A stretch of DNA of 39,224 bases from the sequence record MZ398247.1; one strand, given 5' to 3'. The notes below the pieces were generated by a model that saw only the letters and a list, made by a program, of their open reading frames with translations, was not told the DNA's origin and searched no databases. Numbering within the stretch: position 1 is the stretch's first letter; each line of letters begins with the position of its first letter. Shown in pieces: positions 36,505-39,224 of this stretch. Made by a program: the position numbers and the translations under genes. The DNA comes from Enterobacteria phage IME177.

Positions 36505-39224
36505 ATGGCGACTCGTGGTATTCGCAATAACAATCCGGGTAACATCCGGGTAAGTAAGGACCAATGGGAAGGAATGACTGGAGATGATGGCGCATTCGTC
36601 ACCTTCGATAGTCCAGAGTCTGGCGTCCGAGCTTTAGGTAAAAACCTGCTGTCCTACGGTCGCCGAGGTTATGACTCCATCGAGAAGATTATCAACCGAT
36701 GGGCACCTCCTAACGAGAACGACACTAAGGCTTATATCGACTCAGTGGTGGCTGCAACTGGTATTCCAGCTACCCAGAGTCTCGACCTATCGGACCCTGA
36801 CACCCTGTCTTCTCTGGCTCAAGCTATCAGCTTCCATGAGACAGGCTCCCGGTACGACCCTGAAGTCTATCAGAAGGGAGTCGCACGAGCGCTCAATGGC
36901 ATTAGCCCAAAGACTCCACCAGTAAGCGCTAACGTATTTGACGCACTCACGGAAGGACTCAAGGCTAAACCTAAAGTAGCTCTTGGTGAGAACCTTCCGA
37001 CCGCTGCTGGTCTAAACATTGAGGGTCAAGCACCTGAAGCTCCCAACGAATCGTTCGGTGAGATGTTCTATAAGTCTACTGGCGAGACCATGCAGGAACG
37101 AGAGGATCGCTCTACGTGGTTCGGTTTCGGTGCTGCTACAGAAGCTGAAGTGAAGAACTCTATGGTAGGCGTGGCTATCCGCGCTGGGCAGACAGAGGAC
37201 TCACTTGATGTCATTGGCGATGTGTTCAACCCGACCCGCTGGAACAACCATAAGTGGACTCGTGAAGAGCTTGACCAGATTCGTAACGCTGGGGTTCTGC
37301 CTCAGTATTACGGAGTCATTACTGGTGGCTCCCCTCAGAACCTGACCGAGCTTATTAACTTGGCGCTTGAGAACCAGAAGTTGGACCAAGAGAAGGCCAA
37401 GGCTGGGACTGGTGCTCAGTTAGCTGCTGGTGTGATTGGCGCTGGTGTAGACCCTCTGACATACGTTCCTATCGCTGGACAGGTTGGTAAAGGCGGTAAG
37501 CTGGTCAACAAGATGTTCACCGTGGCTGCTCAATCTGGAGCACTGGCTGGTGTGTCCGAGATGGCCCGTACCTCAGTGGCTGGTGGTGATGCTCATGTGG
37601 CTGAAGCTATCCTTGGTGGTGCTCTCTTCGGTGGTGGTATGACTGCTATCGCTGATGGGTTAGGCAGAGCCTTAGGTCGCAACACTAATGAGTTTGCTGG
37701 CCCAGCTACACGTCTGGAAGCTCGTGAGACCGCTCGTAACGTTGATGGTCAGGACCTGTCTCGTCTCCCTATTCAGGAAGGTGAGCAGACCTTTAGTCAT
37801 CAAGGCGTTAAGTTCGCTGACGTTCCGAACGAGCCGGGTAGTGTACGACTGGAAGATGGTTCAATCCTGATTGGTGAGAACCCTCTGAACCCTAAGACAC
37901 GTCAAGTCTTTGATGAAGTGATTGAGCCTGAACGTGCCGCTGCTGGTGTGAACCTTGGTGGGCTTACTGAGATTGGCCTGAAGCTGCTTCGGTCAGAGAA
38001 CCCTGAGATTCGTGGAGTCGCTGCTGACTTAGTGCGTTCACCAACTGGTATGCAGTCAGGGGCCTCAGGTAAAATCGGGACCACTGCGTCAGACGTATTT
38101 GAGAGACTTCGTGCTGTGGACCATCGGTTCTACAACGACATCGACGACGCGGTTACTGAGGCGCTCAAGGACCCATACTTCCAGACAGCATTCTGGCGAG
38201 ACTCTGGCGCATTCCGTCAGGACATCTACCAGCGTGTGTCTATGGCTATTGAAGACGGAAGTGGGAACCTGAAGGCTGAACTGACTCCGGGAGAACTGAA
38301 AGTATATGACCTGCTGAAGAACCAGTTTGACGCCAAGCGTGAGATGATGGAGAACCCGGCGATGTTTGGTCGTCCAGACGCTCAGTCTATCTTTCCGGGT
38401 AGCCGCTTCAAGGGAACCTACGTCCCGCATGTGTATAGCAACCAGATGAAGGAGCTGTACATCAAGGAGCTTGGGAGTCCAGAGGCACTACAGGAGGCCA
38501 TCAAGAAGTCATGGTTGACCAGCTATGCGTCTCGACCTGAGGTCAAGAAACGTGTGGACGAGGCACTCTTAGAGGCTGACCCTACGTTGACTCCAGAAGG
38601 ACTTGCGGCTGCGGTCGATAAGTACGCCAACGATAAGGCTTATGGTATCTCTCACACCGAGCAGTTCGAGCGTTCATCCGTAATGGAAGAGAACATCAAT
38701 GGTCTGGTGGGTCTGGAGAACAACAGCTTCCTTGAGGCTCGTAACCTGTTCGATAGCGATATGTCAATCGTCCTACCTAACGGTCAGACCTTCAGTGTCA
38801 ACAACCTGCGTGAGTGGGACATGGACAAGATTGTCCCGGCCTACAACCGTCGAGTTAATGGCGATATTGCTATCATGGCTGGTACAGGCAAGACCACGAA
38901 GGACATGAAGGACTTGGTTGAGACCATGATGAACAAGGCTGGGGATGACGGTAAGTTGAAAGGTGAAGTATCTACCTTACGTGACACCTTGAAGATTCTA
39001 ACTGGTCGTGCTCGACGTGATGGCGCTGATGATGCAGCCTTCGCTACCGTGATGCGCACAATGACAGACCTATCGTTCTTCGCTAAGAATGCCTACATGG
39101 GTGTTCAGAACTTAACGGAGATTGGTGGTATGCTGGCTCGTGGCAACGTTCGTGCAATGCTGCATCAGAACTTAACGGAGATTGGTGGTATGCTGGCTCG
39201 TGGCAACGTTCGTGCAATGCTGCA
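36505..39224 (+). CDS. gp16: internal virion protein D (gp16-like) with N-terminal lytic transglycosylase-like domain; 3' part continues at window positions 1-1228
   Basis: ATG 36505 after taaggag; ...SPTGMQSGASGK..., ...SRFKGTYVPHVY..., ...YGISHTEQFERSS..., ...NGDIAIMAGTGKTTKD... colinear with T7 gp16 as recalled; frame open to window end. Confidence 0.93.
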   Translation, partial: MATRGIRNNNPGNIRVSKDQWEGMTGDDGAFVTFDSPESGVRALGKNLLSYGRRGYDSIEKIINRWAPPNENDTKAYIDSVVAATGIPATQSLDLSDPDTLSSLAQAISFHETGSRYDPEVYQKGVARALNGISPKTPPVSANVFDALTEGLKAKPKVALGENLPTAAGLNIEGQAPEAPNESFGEMFYKSTGETMQEREDRSTWFGFGAATEAEVKNSMVGVAIRAGQTEDSLDVIGDVFNPTRWNNHKWTREELDQIRNAGVLPQYYGVITGGSPQNLTELINLALENQKLDQEKAKAGTGAQLAAGVIGAGVDPLTYVPIAGQVGKGGKLVNKMFTVAAQSGALAGVSEMARTSVAGGDAHVAEAILGGALFGGGMTAIADGLGRALGRNTNEFAGPATRLEARETARNVDGQDLSRLPIQEGEQTFSHQGVKFADVPNEPGSVRLEDGSILIGENPLNPKTRQVFDEVIEPERAAAGVNLGGLTEIGLKLLRSENPEIRGVAADLVRSPTGMQSGASGKIGTTASDVFERLRAVDHRFYNDIDDAVTEALKDPYFQTAFWRDSGAFRQDIYQRVSMAIEDGSGNLKAELTPGELKVYDLLKNQFDAKREMMENPAMFGRPDAQSIFPGSRFKGTYVPHVYSNQMKELYIKELGSPEALQEAIKKSWLTSYASRPEVKKRVDEALLEADPTLTPEGLAAAVDKYANDKAYGISHTEQFERSSVMEENINGLVGLENNSFLEARNLFDSDMSIVLPNGQTFSVNNLREWDMDKIVPAYNRRVNGDIAIMAGTGKTTKDMKDLVETMMNKAGDDGKLKGEVSTLRDTLKILTGRARRDGADDAAFATVMRTMTDLSFFAKNAYMGVQNLTEIGGMLARGNVRAMLHQNLTEIGGMLARGNVRAML
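39105..39224 (+). repeat. perfect 60-bp tandem direct repeat (2 copies, 39105-39164 and 39165-39224), in frame within gp16, ending exactly at the window end
   Basis: Both copies read tcagaacttaacggagattggtggtatgctggctcgtggcaacgttcgtgcaatgctgca; encodes a duplicated 20-aa segment QNLTEIGGMLARGNVRAMLH that T7 gp16 has once. Confidence 0.9.

Overview
The window is essentially a complete genome (about 39.2 kb) of a T7-like lytic podovirus (Autographiviridae, T7/T3 gene order), with every credible gene on the + strand. It is circularly permuted: it begins and ends inside the gene for internal virion protein D (gp16), and the last two bases (ca) plus window base 1 (t) form one codon, so end and start join in frame. 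Order along the window: gp16 C-terminus, tail fibre/tailspike gp17, holin, small terminase, Rz/Rz1 spanins, large terminase, a phage promoter (phiOR-like), the probable terminal-repeat / concatemer-junction region with short direct repeats, sigma70-type early promoters, an Ocr-like anti-restriction gene, small early genes, the single-subunit RNA polymerase, the class II DNA-metabolism genes (ligase, gp1.7-like, gp2, SSB, endonuclease I, amidase/lysozyme, primase-helicase, DNA polymerase, HNH endonuclease, exonuclease), then the class III structural genes (portal, scaffold, capsid, tail tube A/B, internal virion proteins A-D). I found 11 copies of a phage-specific promoter (consensus TAAACTATCACTATAGG), two rho-independent terminators (TE-like after ligase, Tphi-like after the capsid gene), three copies of a conserved roughly 50-nt hairpin element (candidate RNase III sites), and a T7-type -1 frameshift site at the end of the capsid gene. 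The points most worth a second look are the chimeric tailspike (T7-type anchor, pectate-lyase-like depolymerase, self-cleaving chaperone domain), an Ocr-like protein with an extra C-terminal domain, several accessory ORFs absent from T7, two core-region genes (ligase, gp1.7-like) each broken by a single-base frame disruption, and a perfect 60-bp tandem duplication at the very end of the window. No tRNA, CRISPR array, integrase or minus-strand gene is supported. All protein comparisons are to T7 sequences recalled from memory, not to a database search.
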